DNA of 63,968 bases, filler included, from Cercozoa sp. M6MM (lineage: Eukaryota > Protista > Endomyxa: Ascetosporea): NCBI GenBank assembly GCA_040357565.1. It is 9 parts of 9 records of this genome, joined end to end, with 100 filler letters (N's around TTAATTAATTAA, not from the genome) between each part and the next. Parts side by side here need not be neighbours in the genome. Positions count along the whole stretch, not along the records: positions 1 to 4,264 come from JBDODJ010001187.1; positions 4,365 to 10,158 come from JBDODJ010000846.1; positions 10,259 to 24,258 come from JBDODJ010000342.1; 6 more parts are not named here. The stretch is one strand, 5' to 3'. Below the pieces are notes generated by a model. The model was not told the DNA's origin. It was given only the letters and a program-made list of their open reading frames with translations, and did not search any database. A program made the translations under genes and the position numbers. Below are positions 1 to 12,188 of this stretch, piece by piece; the first letter of the stretch is position 1; every line of letters begins with the position of its first letter.

Positions 1-34
1 AAAAGAGGGGTAAGGAGAGGGTAAAAAGTCTACC

Positions 35-968
35 ATGTGAGGCAACAATCTTGACCTCGCCGTCCTCGCTCTCCGGGAAGATCACCGCCGCAAGAGCACT
101 ATAGAAAGGTGGGGGTAAAGAGGCACGGGGGGTAAAGAGGGGGCAAAGAGGCACGGGGGTAAGGGGGTAAAGAGGGGTAAAGCTACACAGTAGTGCCGTC
201 CGGCATCGGCGGTTGCAACTCGAGGAACGTCTTGTCCATCGACAGGAAGAGCTGTTCAACGGGGCAGAGGTGAAGGGGGTAAAGGGGGTGAAGGAAAATG
301 GGTAAAAGGGAGGGTGATAGGGAGGAAGGTAGAAGGGTGGGGGGGGGGGGTACATTTGTGATGGCCTCGTCCGAGCCAAAATCGAGCTGTTTGTTCTGCG
401 CAAAGAACCGCGTCAGGTGCTGCTTGACAAATGCCGAGGCGCGGTCGCCGCCTTCACACACAGAGCAGATCAAGGTATTTACCCCCGCCCCCAACTTAAC
501 TCTGTCAAAAAACATACCATGGCCGTCAAAGACACCCAACACGTATGTGTTCGGAGTGACCTGCAACATGAGGTCCTTGTCCTCATTGTTCGTGCGGAAG
601 CCTGTCCACACATAGACACGTCCGCGCGCAAGCTTCGCCAAGAAGGAAACAAACGAACCCTGGCAGGAGACAGCGGCCACGCTGACACGGTGGTCACGCG
701 CCGACTCGGTGTGTTTCGAGTCTACTCAAAAGCACACACCCAGAAAATCACGCACTTTTCGCGGGTCACACTTGACGACAGAAAATACCGATCGGCGCCC
801 TGCGCATACACAGTGCATACACAGCCATATTGGAGGTTATTTAAGAAGCAAGGCAAGCAAACACAAGGAAAAGCGCGAGCACGCGAAGAGTGTGCCAGCA
901 CACGAAACAAAAACAAAAAAAAAAACTTGAGAAACACAGAAAGCAACGCACGATAGCAGATGACCCAT
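35..968 (-). CDS. Protein phosphatase 2C (Ptc2/Ptc3-like), multi-exon, 3' part runs off the window start
   Basis: Manual splicing gives MGHLLSAPIDSKHTES..VSCQGFRTNNEDKD..VLGVFDGHGG..DGTTVALAAVI..IVASH. These are the PP2C motifs RxxxED, DGHGG and GTT, with a possible myristoylated Gly2. Introns are GT-AG. Confidence 0.9.
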
Positions 969-1264
969 GTCTTGGAGCTTGCTGTTCGCTACCGGGACAC
1001 CACAGGGCTGCAGGCGTGTTGGTTCGCTCCAGCCGCGGGTGCTGGCGCCAGCACCCACCCGGATATGATTTTTTAAAGATAATCTTCTTGTCTGTTTGGA
1101 CTGAAACAAAACTGCAAAAAAACCATATACTGTACGGTCGTCACCTCTAATCCGAGATATTACAAGCATTACGGTGTATACTTTGCCACTTGGTTGGGTC
1201 TGTGGTGTTTCACCGTGGTTTAGCAAACAAACCGACCAGCATTGTTTGCTAAGCAAACATTTAG

Positions 1265-2886
1265 GCACCCGAAGGTCACTTGCTTGTCAAGGTGTATTAC
1301 ACGTCTGCCAATCCCGTGGACTTTAAGGTTCGCGAAGGGCCAGGCAACCCAATATCGAAGAACCGTCCTCTTGTCCTTGGTTGGGACGTTGCAGGTATTT
1401 TGCTGACTACATTGTTATATATTTGTATTTTATTGACTACCTTTGAGTTATATACCTGGATGGGTGTGATGCCCCTACTGAGAAGGAAAGGTCGTGTCAG
1501 TGGGCGCCAATGTGAGCCAGTTTTCAAAAGGTGATGCTGTCTTCTTTGCTGGCGATATCAGAGTTCGTTCTGTTGAAACAGTTCCTTTCTTCCGACCACC
1601 GTCTTCATTTCATGATATTAGAGACAAGGAAGTTATGCCGAGTATGTCACGGTCGATGCAAATCTCGTCGCCAAAAAACCAGCATCGTGGGCTGTCTTTC
1701 TTTAATTTATTAAGTCTTTTTAGCTGGTGTTAATAATTCACAGATTCGTAAATTTATTAACCTTGGATAGAATGAGTTTCGAGGATGCCGCTGCGCTCCC
1801 ATTGACTGCACTAACAGCGCATGAGACTCTCGTCGAAAAGATGCGCCTTGACGGTACTAACTCACATGCACATACTAAAACTGAAACTGGACCTTCAAAT
1901 TGTGATTGGGTGTCACGGTGTGCAGAAAACGCTGCAGAAAAGTCGCTTCTGATCATAAATGGCGCTGGAGGCGTTGGGAGCGTGGTACAGTTTTAAATAC
2001 CTCGCTTTAACAACCGAAGGTGTAAATTGTTGCGGTGTTTAACTTTAGGCCATTCAATACGCAAAAAAGTGTCTCGGGGTCGGTACGGTTATTGCAACAG
2101 CCTCACGTCGAGAGAGCACGCAGTGGTGCAAGTCACTTGGCGCCGATTATGTCATTAATCACCGACGCAATCTTCAGACGCAGCTGCGGGTTCCTTTGTT
2201 GATTTTAACACAGGAAGCAGCGTTCGCAGTTTATCGTTGGTAGGCCATCGGTGTGCCGTTGGTCGATGCTATCGCTCTCTACCACGAAACTGGTACTGGT
2301 TTCTTCCAGTCCAATATGTACAATTAATTGGATTGAATCTTTAGACAACTTGGGCAAAGTCATGAATCTCCTTGCTTGCGATGGACATGTGTAAGACAGC
2401 TTGATACAGTGCAGTGGACAACCATCGTTTGTGTAAATTTACTTTACTACTTGGAGATAGCGCCATCGTGAATTCGATTCTACCGGCGAGCTTGGAGCAT
2501 CTTGACTCGGGAGTGTTCATGAAACGCGTGTCCTTACACATGTGTGCCATGTTTGCTCGCTCCACGTTCGGGTGTCATCCGGAAAAGCAAGGTGCTGCGC
2601 TGGCGCAGATCGCACGATTCGCCGACGCTGGGAGTTTGTTCAACTTTTACTTCTGCAACTATCTTCCGTGCTCCTCGATACAGCTATCTTCCGTACTCTC
2701 ATAGAGATCGTGACAACCCGCCGAAAGACACTTCCGTTGGAAGAGGTTTCCCTTTTACAACTGTCCACATAAATATACGTGTCTGATATTTACCGTGTGC
2801 TTTAGGTCGCTCGTGCGCACGCAGAGCTCGAAGCAGGCACATGCATTGGCAAGATTGTTATGCGCGTCGCCATCTCGCCACGCTAG
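1265..2886 (+). CDS. Zinc-binding alcohol dehydrogenase family / quinone oxidoreductase (MDR) protein, multi-exon, start unresolved
   Basis: Spliced peptides include LLVKVYYTSANPVDFK, VLGWDVAG, VFFAGDIRRQGSYAEY, AAALPLTALTAHE, LLIINGAGGVGS and LEAGTCIGKIV, then TAG at 2884-2886. Confidence 0.85.
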
Positions 2887-2912
2887 TCGTGGGCTCTTGA
2901 TTACAGTACAGT

Positions 2913-2972
2913 AGAAGGAGACGACTCGGGTTGTGTAATCAGAAGGAGACAACTCGGGTTGTGTAATCAGAA
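2913..2972 (+). repeat. 28-bp tandem duplication (agaaggagacRactcgggttgtgtaatc x2)
   Basis: Read directly; one mismatch between units. Confidence 0.85.
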
Positions 2973-3367
2973 ACTGAACTACCTACTAGTACGTAAATTT
3001 ACACTTGTGTTCGCACTGAGTAGTGTTGGTGGAGAACGCGAATCTAATTTGAAAGGGCACGAGCTATAATACGACTCCTTGGCCAGCCAGGGAGTGCTAA
3101 ACCCGCCTCAAGCTCACGGCACAACTGAAAGGCATACAAATGAAACCGCCTGACGTCGCGTATCCGCATACCCATGTACTACGCTAGGTACTATGTGGCC
3201 GGTCGAGGTCAAGCGGCGTGGTCAACGGCACTCATTAAATCGAATTCGATTAGGTGTACTGTAATTTACTCAACGTCAATATAAATTTAATCACACGGCA
3301 CTTCCACTCGACGGTCTGAGTCACGAAAGTTCGAGTCACGACGCTGTCGGTTGCGTTGACGTAACAC

Positions 3368-3495
3368 TCAAACTCTGGCAGCCGGCGCGGCAACGTGCAC
3401 AAAATCCTCCTCATCATCAGCGCTATTGTCGATCGGGTTCACGAGCTCTTCGCTCGACTGTGCACACATACTTAGATTGCACACGCACACAGAGA

Positions 3496-3540
<45 letters not shown>

Positions 3541-4249
3541 CAGTCACCCTAAAACGCACCCTCAGGTCGCTGTTGGCGGAGTCGCTGGTTTCCGCTGGTG
3601 TCGGAGCTTCTGGCTACAGTGGCAGGAAAATACAAAAAAACAAAGAGAAAAGGCAAAACACGCGAAGTTCAAGTGCAAGTGTCTACCACAGACTGGTCGA
3701 TACTGTTGCTGTCGGTATCCACAACCTCAGCAGCATCGATGCCGAGATTGCAGTCTTGTGTGCCAGTGGCCGAGGCCGGTTGCGACTCAGAGAACTCGTC
3801 CAGAGAGCTGTAAGACCGCGTGATGCCACGTCGGACACTCGAGTTGTTCCTGTCACAATAGTCCCTCTCTCTCTCTCTCTCTCTCTTTCTTAGACAATCC
3901 ACCATATTGCAAGTTATACTTGGGTCCTCGCACGAAAAGTCTCGAGCCGGCAAATCGCATCTGTTAAGGGGGCGGGGTAAAGGTTAAGAGGGTGTAGGGG
4001 GGTGTTACCTGGATAGTGCCAGGCGGTTGTAGCCACGCCTCGCCGTCGACTTGCGTATGCACCGGTTCGTGCAGGACAAAGTCCACTGAGTGTCCTTGCG
4101 CCACGCGGAAGTCGTGACCCACACCTACGGGGCGGGGTAGGGAGCAGGGGTAGGCAGAGGATAAACAACGTACCAGCGCGAATGCGGTTCATGTGATGAA
4201 TACTGTAGGAACCACAGACTTCCAGCAACGCGTCGTCCAACGCGGGCTC
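3368..4249 (-). CDS. Diacylglycerol kinase, C-terminal accessory domain and tail (5' part lost at contig end)
   Basis: DDALLEVCGSYSIHHM..FRVAQGHSV..HTQVDGEAWLQPPGTI matches the DGK accessory-domain motifs DDGLLEVVG, RLAQ and QIDGEPWxQPP. Stop is TGA at 3368-3370. Confidence 0.8.
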
Positions 4250-4308
4250 CTGGGGGGGGGGGGGNNNNNNNNNNNNNNNNNNNNNNNNNNNNNNNNNNNN
4301 NNNNNNNN

Positions 4309-4320
4309 TTAATTAATTAA
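4309..4320. other. Artificial contig-joining linker TTAATTAATTAA (also at 10203, 24303, 40198, 41519, 55707, 60841, 62897)
   Basis: Identical 12-mer with stops in all six frames, always centred in N runs. Confidence 0.97.
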
Positions 4321-4380
4321 NNNNNNNNNNNNNNNNNNNNNNNNNNNNNNNNNNNNNNNNNNNNTTACCCCCTTGAGCAG

Positions 4381-5817
4381 GTCGAGCTCGTGCTCGGTGT
4401 GGCACTGCGGTAGCTACACGGGCGCCTGCATCCGCGCGGCCCTGTTTTTGCTGTCGCTGGTGGACGCCGTGCTGCTGCTGGCCTCGCTGGCTGTGCTGGC
4501 GGTAGCCAGTGGTACCTTTTGCACTCACTCACTGGGGAGCATCATCAGTGTGACTCACTGGGATCATCACTGACTCACTGGGATCATCACTGACTGGGGA
4601 CACGTGCGCAGGCGACGGTCTGGCCGGCGGAGTCGGACTGCTGTTGTACGCGCTGTTCCTGCCTTTCGCCAGTGTGATCGCGCCCTTCTTGGGTAGGCAT
4701 TACGCCCTGTCTACCCTCCTGTTTACCGCCCTGTTACCCCCCCCGTGAGGCAGGACTGTCGACAGCAGTGTCGGCGAGTGCGTGGACGTCGCGACAGTTT
4801 GCCTTGTGGAATGCGCTGTGAGTTTTACCCCCTGTTTACCCCCCCCCCCCCNNNNNNNNNNNNNNNNNNNNNNNNNNNNNNNNNNNNNNNNNNNNNNNNN
4901 NNNNNNNNNNNNNNNNNNNNNNNNNNNNNNNNNNNNNNNNNNNNNNNNNNNTACCTGTCTTACCCTCCCCCGTGTTACTCCAGGTCGATGCTGAACGTGA
5001 TTGCTGGTAGTTTTGCTCCTCTTCCCCCCGTGCCCCCCCCCCCTTTACCCCCCTGGCATGCGGCAGGAGCGGCTGGTGCGCGGCTGGTGACGACACTGCC
5101 GGGCGTGCTGATGACGTCGCTGCCGCTGCTGACCAAGGCGCTGCTGGCCCTCGTGGTGGGCGCCTTCGTGGTGCTTTACCCCCCCTTACCCCCCCCCCCC
5201 GCACCCCCTTTACCCCCTTGGCAGGCGCAGCAGGACCACCAGGAGGACCGAGACGCGGCGCGGCGCGAGCAGCAGCTGCACCAGCACGACGGCGCCGCCA
5301 ACAACAAGGCCGACGACGACGACCTGTCAGCTGGTAGCCAGTTTATTAAGGACGTGTCTGTGTGGTTAAGGTGACTGGGTACTTAGGTGGGTGTACGGGT
5401 AGTTAGGGGGTGTATGGGTAGTTAAGGCTGTATGTATGGATATGTGTAGGCACAACGTCGGACAGCGAGGTGCTCGTGTTCGAGCCGCACGACGACGACG
5501 CCACCGACGAGGAGAAGGAGGCTACTGTGGCTGCAGCACTGGCTACAAACGCACTGGCTACACTGGCTACCGTCGGTACCAACGGCGGTCCATCCTTGGG
5601 TCCGAGTGGACTCGTGTCGCCGCCCTCCAGTGGACACGGACGACGGCTGCAGCACCACAGGTTGCCCCCCCCCCTCTTATCCCGTTTACCCCCACCCCCA
5701 CCCCTTACCCCCTGGGTCAGCAGTGTGTCGCGCGAGTTCGACGACAAGCGCGACGGCGGCAGCGGCTACGTCGGCGACTGGGACGGCTTCTACGACGACA
5801 ATGCGCACCTGTACTAG
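4381..5817 (+). CDS. C-terminus of a multi-pass membrane protein resembling plant At5g11700-type glycine-rich proteins (partial)
   Basis: Spliced LLLYALFLPFASVIAPFLGLST..SRQFALWNALSMLNVIAG resembles, from memory, the LFILPLGILLPFPAGI..ARVYALWNxxSLxNV C-terminal block. Several hydrophobic helices are present. Confidence 0.5.
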
Positions 5818-6692
5818 TCTCGGCTCTGTCTGGTTTAGCCTAGCGTAGCTCTGCACAGTACCGTATTGGCCGAGTTTGAATCAGTCTATCCCTACGCGCA
5901 CAACCTTGAAGTGCTTGCACCCAGACGGATTCGATTGATGACCGAATGATATACTGTAGGTATAGTAATCGAAACTGCAAGGAAGATGGGTGGCGTATAG
6001 ATACACCGGAGCAGTTCGTACGTGCGAAGCTTAGGAAAAAACCGAGTTCGGTACGCCGAGACATTGAAGTCAACCGTTCCGATCACACAGACATCACAGA
6101 CTGATGTAACCCCACAAAAAGGGTGAGAATATAGACGTACCTTATATTGTCGTGGCTTGAACCACGGGCCTGTTGTTGTCTCTTCCTTCGCTTGTAAGTT
6201 TCAAAAAGAGGCGGTTGTTTGCGGTTGCGATTCTTCTTGGCATTCAGCTTGCGTGTCCTCGGGTTTGAACTCTTGGTCTAGCAGTTTTTCTGTTACTTCT
6301 AGCACGATGCAGCACACGAAATCGTGCGATGGGAGGAACCACGACGTTAACCCCAACCAGTTCCTCGCTCGAGTTGGCACTTGACACGTGGTAGTCATCT
6401 ACACCATTTTAAGTACTCGTCTGTCCTTTAGCACCGTTTCTTCGATTTTGGTTAGCTTTAGCAAGCGTTTTTCTGCGCGTACTTGAGTTCCTACGGCCAC
6501 TTCTTCGTGACATCCAAGTTTCGTTCTTCGGTCAGCAGCATTAGATTAAGTTAAGCTGTGTTGCGCAAATCGACATGATTGTCTAACATCACCCTCTCAC
6601 AAAACACTAGTTTAGGCCTTCTCAGTGTGACTCTTCGCTTGTTTTCTGACCCGATCTAATATGAAGCATGCTGCGAGTTTCGGACGCCGTGC

Positions 6693-7186
6693 TGTTATAG
6701 CATGATCTACTGTATCCGCGCGGAAGCCATTTTAAGACTTACAACAAACCTCGAGAGAGGCGGGGAAGTTGTTGACGTGTGTTCGCTGGTATCGTGACCT
6801 ACTGAAAGCTTCAATCCAGACTGTAGAACACCTGTGTTTGAGTAGGGAAGCCTTGAGCAAGCTTTTTGCTGCTGAACTCAAAGAAGGGCTCTACTCGACC
6901 AGGTAATCTGATTTCTCCAGGACCAGTTGTCTCCGCTTCTCCCCCGTCCTCTGCCTTTCCAGAGGCTTTTCTTCTTCTTTCTTCTTCTGACTACTTCCCG
7001 ACCAGTCTACTTCCTGTACTTTGCCGACCCTATCTTGGGGTAACTACATCTGAACTGACTAAGTCTACTGACTCAATCGAATTCTTCTTCATGTCGATTC
7101 CATTTGTTTCTTTAGTCTTTTTCCTGGCAGAGTGCTCTTTTGCACCGCACTGCCAAAGCCTCACTTTCTGAAAGGCTGCGGTAACA
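6693..7186 (+). mobile_element. Solo LTR, chimeric (5' part subfamily A, 3' part subfamily B)
   Basis: TGTTA...GGTAACA termini. The 5' ~270 nt align with LTR 55764-56351 and the 3' ~200 nt align with LTR 11097-11562. No TSD (GCCGTGC / TGACAC). Confidence 0.9.
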
Positions 7187-7191
7187 TGACA

Positions 7192-8375
7192 CTAGATCCC
7201 CCTACCAACGTGATTACTTGGCGTAGCAAGGTGCATCATGGACGACGGTCCTGGCACAACAATGTAGCCGGCATTGTGGGCAGCCATGGCACCGACCGGG
7301 ACAGCCTGAGCGAGCGACTGCTGCTGCTGCAAGGCAGGAAGCATGCTGCTGGTGGGAGTGCTGCTGTTGCCGGACCGTGGAGTAGCCGCGACAGTGACTG
7401 GTTGCGGAACGGTTTGTGACACAGTTTGTGACACAGTTTGTGATACAGTTTGTGACACGGCCTGTGATGAAGGAGTCGACTTGGGCGTGGCAGTCGACTT
7501 GGGCGTGGCAGTTTTGCGGCGTTTCTTGCTGCGCGACTGCGACGACTTGGACACGGAGAGTGACTTGGACAGAGTGACGGCACTAATGTCACCGCCGATC
7601 AGTGTGTTCAGAGAGGGAGGTTCCTGCCGTGCTGTCAAAGCACACCAGAGCCAAACTTACTTAAACACAACTGGAAGTGTGTGATATGGGTTAAATTTAC
7701 ATGAATTAACAAGAGTGCCGCTGGAATGCGTAACACAGTCGCCTGTGAACATCACACATACGCTTCCAATCCATACACAGAAAGCTAAAGCAAGAATGAC
7801 CACCACACACGGCACACACATGTTCAGTCAGCACTGGCGTTTCTTGTTGAGGCGGTAGTTTTCTCCTCTCGTACGTGACTGCACACAACGCATAGCACTC
7901 ACACAAACAGCACTTCGAAAACTAAGTGTACAAGGAGGGAAGTCGACCAACTGATGCGTTTCCACTGACGGCTGCTTAAATAGAACAGGGAAACCAGGAA
8001 GATTCAAATGCGAGATCCATGCAGGTGAAAGCTTCTGTTTTCTCTGAGGAAGCATACCATATCAACACGCAGCCACTGTAGCACTGTGTTGTGCCGTTTA
8101 ACTTGTACCCACTTTTCTGCACGCACTGCTGGATCGACCTGAACAACAAAACTATCAAAAAAACGAAAAAAGCTGCCAGCTTGTTCAAACTACTTCAACG
8201 CGCCGCCTGTTGCGTCGTTTCGACTGCAGTGTCGACTGCGCCTTGCCCTGCAGACACATACAGCTCTCCGTGTTCTGATCACATTAACACAGACTACCTG
8301 TCGTTTTTGCCGCCTCACTCGCGTCGTCTTCTGCCGCCGCGGACGTGTGATTTCGTTGCCGTTCTCATCGATGTC
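7192..8375 (-). CDS. Hypothetical multi-exon protein with Cys-rich middle and S/T/Q low-complexity C-terminus
   Basis: ORF 7192-7638 has QTVS x4 and KSTATP x2 repeats. Upstream exon-like blocks have GT/AG ends. No family recognised; boundaries approximate. Confidence 0.35.
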
Positions 8376-8693
8376 TGGAGAGCTCAAAAATGAGAAAAAA
8401 CAATTACAAGCACCCACTCTGCCGAGAAGATGACAGGCACACCAAAATCCTCATCGTCACTACGTTCCATCTGAGCTATATGCGCGATTTAGACGCCAAT
8501 TTCGCGGGTGAGCTGGCCGTTCGCGCGGAGCCTTTTGATTGGTTTGTCGACCGGCGTTCCGGCGCCACAAGCCTTGTGCGCCAGCCGAGTCGCTGTCAGT
8601 GTGTGCACACTGCATAAGCTGTAAATGAACGCTGTCGGCAAACGATTGCGTCAAGTGCGTCTGCTCGCATTCACGGTATTCGATCATTCTGTC

Positions 8694-10107
8694 ATGTGCA
8701 TTCTCGATGGTTTTTTCTTCATCGTCGCTGAGAGTAGCCTAAGCAGGGCGTGCACCCACGTGTGCCGCGTCCCAAGCCACGCGTGTTTCCGGCGGTGCAG
8801 CAGCCAAAGTTCGAGGAATGGACTGGTAAATTGACACAGGTAGGTAGGGGGGGAAGTGGGTTGATGTGTGTGTGCTGGCGCAGGCAAGGTGAAGAAGGCC
8901 ATGCACCTCGTCATGGACAGCGAGGCAGGCAACGACTACGTGGCTGCGTCGCCCAAGGCCTCTGTAGCCAACCCTGCTTTCTTAAAGGGGGCGTTAGTGG
9001 TGTTTGAACTGCATGTGTCTGTAGGTGTACGATGCCGTCAGTAATGCCGGTCCCGAGGTGCGATTCGAGATTCTGCAGAACCTCGCGCTGCTGCACGATT
9101 ACCTCGAGACGCTCGGTCTCAAGATGGAGGACATGGTAGGGCTGTTTTACCCCCTTTTCTCCCCCTCTTACCCCCCCCCCCAGGGCGAGGGGGAAGCGGA
9201 GGGGCGCAAGCGCGGGCTTTGGGTGTTCGGCACTGAGGTAGACGCTTCCTTTAGGTGCTTTGTTGGANNNNNNNNNNNNNNNNNNNNNNNNNNNNNNNNN
9301 NNNNNNNNNNNNNNNNNNNNNNNNNNNNNNNNNNNNNNNNNNNNNNNNNNNNNNNNNNNNNNNNNNNCTTGTTGTCTCAGTACGAAAACGGCAGCGCTCG
9401 TGGCTTTCGCGACTTCAACTCGGTCGAACTCGTCGACAAGATCGATATGGCCAGGTGGGTAAAGGTAGGGGGTAAAGTGGGGGGGGGGTACACTAGGTGC
9501 TACGTTGCGCAGAGACATCCTGCAGCCACTGAGAGAACTGCGCGCTCAGATCGCGCATGAACAGTCTGAGGCTGCATCGGTACAGTTACCCATTTGGCCC
9601 CTTACCCCCTTAACCCCCCCTCCCCCCATGCAGCGCAAGTACGTGGCCGAGGAAGAAGATGTCGACCACGACGGTAGAGTGTAGTGTGTTGTTTTGTATA
9701 TTGGGGTACGTCCGCGCGGATGCGCAGTGCCGGCGCATTTGCTGATCACGCGAGCCAACCAGGCGCTGCAGCTCCTGGCGTCGGCGCTGCAGTCGGGCAT
9801 CGAGGATCTGCTGGCCTTGGAGGACATGTCGGCTGGTAGTGTTTACCCCCCCCCCCCCCCCTTTACCTTTACCCACCTTTACCTTTAACCCCACCTTTGC
9901 TCCCACCTTTGCCCCCTTACCCTCCCTCCCCACAGACTACGACAGGGCAGCTAGTGCGGCCACGGACGAGTGCGACGTGCACGCGCAGCTCCGCGACCAG
10001 GCGGCGCAGGTGCGCGACGTGGGCGATTCGATGCTCGACTCGGAGGAGACCTACCAACGCCGCATCGAGGACATGATGACTCGCCTTGGCAGTCTCGGCG
10101 ACTTTGC
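8694..10107 (+). CDS. Hypothetical helical/coiled-coil protein, multi-exon, truncated at contig end
   Basis: GC3-rich exons (e.g. VYDAVSNAGPEVRFEILQNLALLHDYLE) separated by short GT-AG introns. Confidence 0.55.
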
Positions 10108-10258
10108 TGTACCCCCCATCTTATCCCCATACCCCTATTTTACCCCCCTATTCCCCCCNNNNNNNNNNNNNNNNNNNNNNNNNNNNNNNNNNNNNNNNNN
10201 NNTTAATTAATTAANNNNNNNNNNNNNNNNNNNNNNNNNNNNNNNNNNNNNNNNNNNN

Positions 10259-10313
<55 letters not shown>

Positions 10314-11054
10314 GAAGCGACACAGTGAGCTTCTGCAGCAAGTCGACTCGATCAGAGTTGTTCGTTTGCACACGTTGCATGCACTTTGGCGTGCCATTCG
10401 GTACACTTGACATTCTGTTTGCCATTTCGTTGGTTTTTATTGTTGATGCAGTCAACTCGAAACAAAAATATCGACGAACAGTTCAGCTGAATTGAATCTT
10501 GAAATCGAAAACGAGGTGCGTTGTTGTATTTATATTGACTTTTCGTAGCGTACCTTGTTTCAACTCGACTCGCTCGCAGAGATTCAGTCTGCGGAGGCAT
10601 ATCGAGGAACTGCGCGATGAAGCACTGTCTGCTGAGGAACGCCGAGCAGTCAATCGTTTGCTCCGCCGTCTGGTGCTTTCGTGTTTTGTTCAAATGCTCA
10701 CAGAGTATTGTCATGTGCCTATGCTTTTTAGAGGACCCGCTCTCAACGACAGCCGAGAAAAAGCTCGAAAAAACTGCCTTCTAAACAGGCCTTCATACCT
10801 TCGCCCGAGCGGTCGCCCAGAAAGTTGCCCAACCAGTCCAAGCAGTCGTCCGAGGACACATTCGACGCAGAATTCGAGGGACCGTGCGTTACCTCACTTT
10901 TGCAATTTTGTGTGCCTGACTAGGCTTGTGTAAATATTAGGGCTGCTGGTCCAGGTCATCACTTGGATTTCCTGGTTCGCTACTGCTACGGCATGGGTGG
11001 CGCCGATGTCGTTGAGTTCACTCTCCAGGGTGCACCCGAGTGAACGCCAGTTAA
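10314..11054 (+). CDS. 3' exons of a hypothetical protein (separate contig)
   Basis: Exon-like blocks (RFSLRRHIEELRDEALSAEERRAVNRLLRRL) with GT-AG introns. Boundaries approximate. Confidence 0.4.
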
Positions 11055-11096
11055 CTCACTATTAGTTAGTTGTGTCTTCTATGAAACCAACTTGTA

Positions 11097-11562
11097 TGTT
11101 ACGAAACGGTATTTTCCATCCGGCCAGTCAGATCTCTGGTGCTCCGCGTGGAAGAAAGCTATTCATTGAGCACTTTGAGAAGTGTGGTGTATTGTGTTTG
11201 TCTGGTATCCTGACCTCTCCGAGAGTGTTGCTAACCTCCTTACCCTGTGTTTGGTAGACTGACCACGAAAGAGCAAGATTTTGCTCCTTTCCTGAAAAGG
11301 CTCTCTACTCACCAGGTAAAGCACCTCTCCAGGCTCCAGTCCTTGCACTCTCACGTAATCCCTGTTGCTGTCTTCCCAGCACAGAGAGCCTTTCTTTTTC
11401 TCCTTTACGTCCCTCCTTCCTTCCTTCTTCTGACTACCGGGCCCCTCATCCTTCCCGACCAGTCTACTTCCCGTACTTTGCCGACCCTATCTTGGGTCTT
11501 TTTCCTGGCATAGTACTCTTTTGCACTACCAAAGCCTCAATTTCTGAAAGGCTGCGGTAACA
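11097..11562 (+). mobile_element. Solo LTR, subfamily B (466 bp)
   Basis: TGTTAC...GGTAACA termini and 4-bp direct repeat TGTA at 11093-11096 / 11563-11566. Shares the blocks ctggtatcctgacct, accaggtaa and ggctgcggtaaca with subfamily A. Confidence 0.85.
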
Positions 11563-11600
11563 TGTATGTAGCTATAGCTAGACCCCTGCACCAGTCTAGG

Positions 11601-12188
11601 TGTTACCGCAGCCCTCTCAGATAGGGATCAGGCCTTGGTAAATTAAGGGTACTTTGCCAGTGATACAAAAAAACTAAGGAACGTAATAAAGTCTTGGAGG
11701 AAGAGTGGCCAAGTGTCAGTTTGAAAGAGTGAGTTACCCCAACGGTTCAGTTGGGCGGCAAAGCACTGGTGGTGGACGGGAAAGGCACCCGTCAGATGGT
11801 AACTGTAGAAAGGACAGTGAGTAAAAAGGGTCCTTGACGGAAAGACGTCGTGAGAACTGAGTAGTGAGGATTCAGAAGTACTTGAGTTGGAAGTAAAGAA
11901 AAGAAGGGCCCCTGGAAAGGCAGAGGACAGGTAGAAGCGAAGACAACTGGTCCTGGAGAGATCAGAGTAAAATTTACCTGGTCGAGAGAGAGAGCCCTTC
12001 TTTGAGTTCAGCTGCAAAAAGCTTGCTCAAGGCTTCCCTACTCAAACACAGGTGTTCCACAGTCTGGACTGAAGCTCTCAGTAGGTCAGGATACCAGCGA
12101 ACACACGTCAAAATCTTCACACCTCTCTTGAGGATTTTTTTTAAGTTGTAGGGTCGCTTCCGCGCGTACAGTAGTTCATGCTGTAACA
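11601..12188 (-). mobile_element. Solo LTR, subfamily A (588 bp), 6-bp TSD
   Basis: Reverse complement closely matches LTR 55764-56351 and has the same length. TCTAGG occurs at 11595-11600 and 12189-12194. Confidence 0.95.

Noticed and set aside
2913-2972. CRISPR-like repeats (also 35408-35471 and 12552-12588)
   Set aside because: Only two units each, eukaryotic context, and no cas genes.
4265-4364. TTAATTAATTAA recurring eight times, a possible regulatory or elimination signal
   Set aside because: Always centred in N runs with stops in all six frames, so it is an artificial contig linker.
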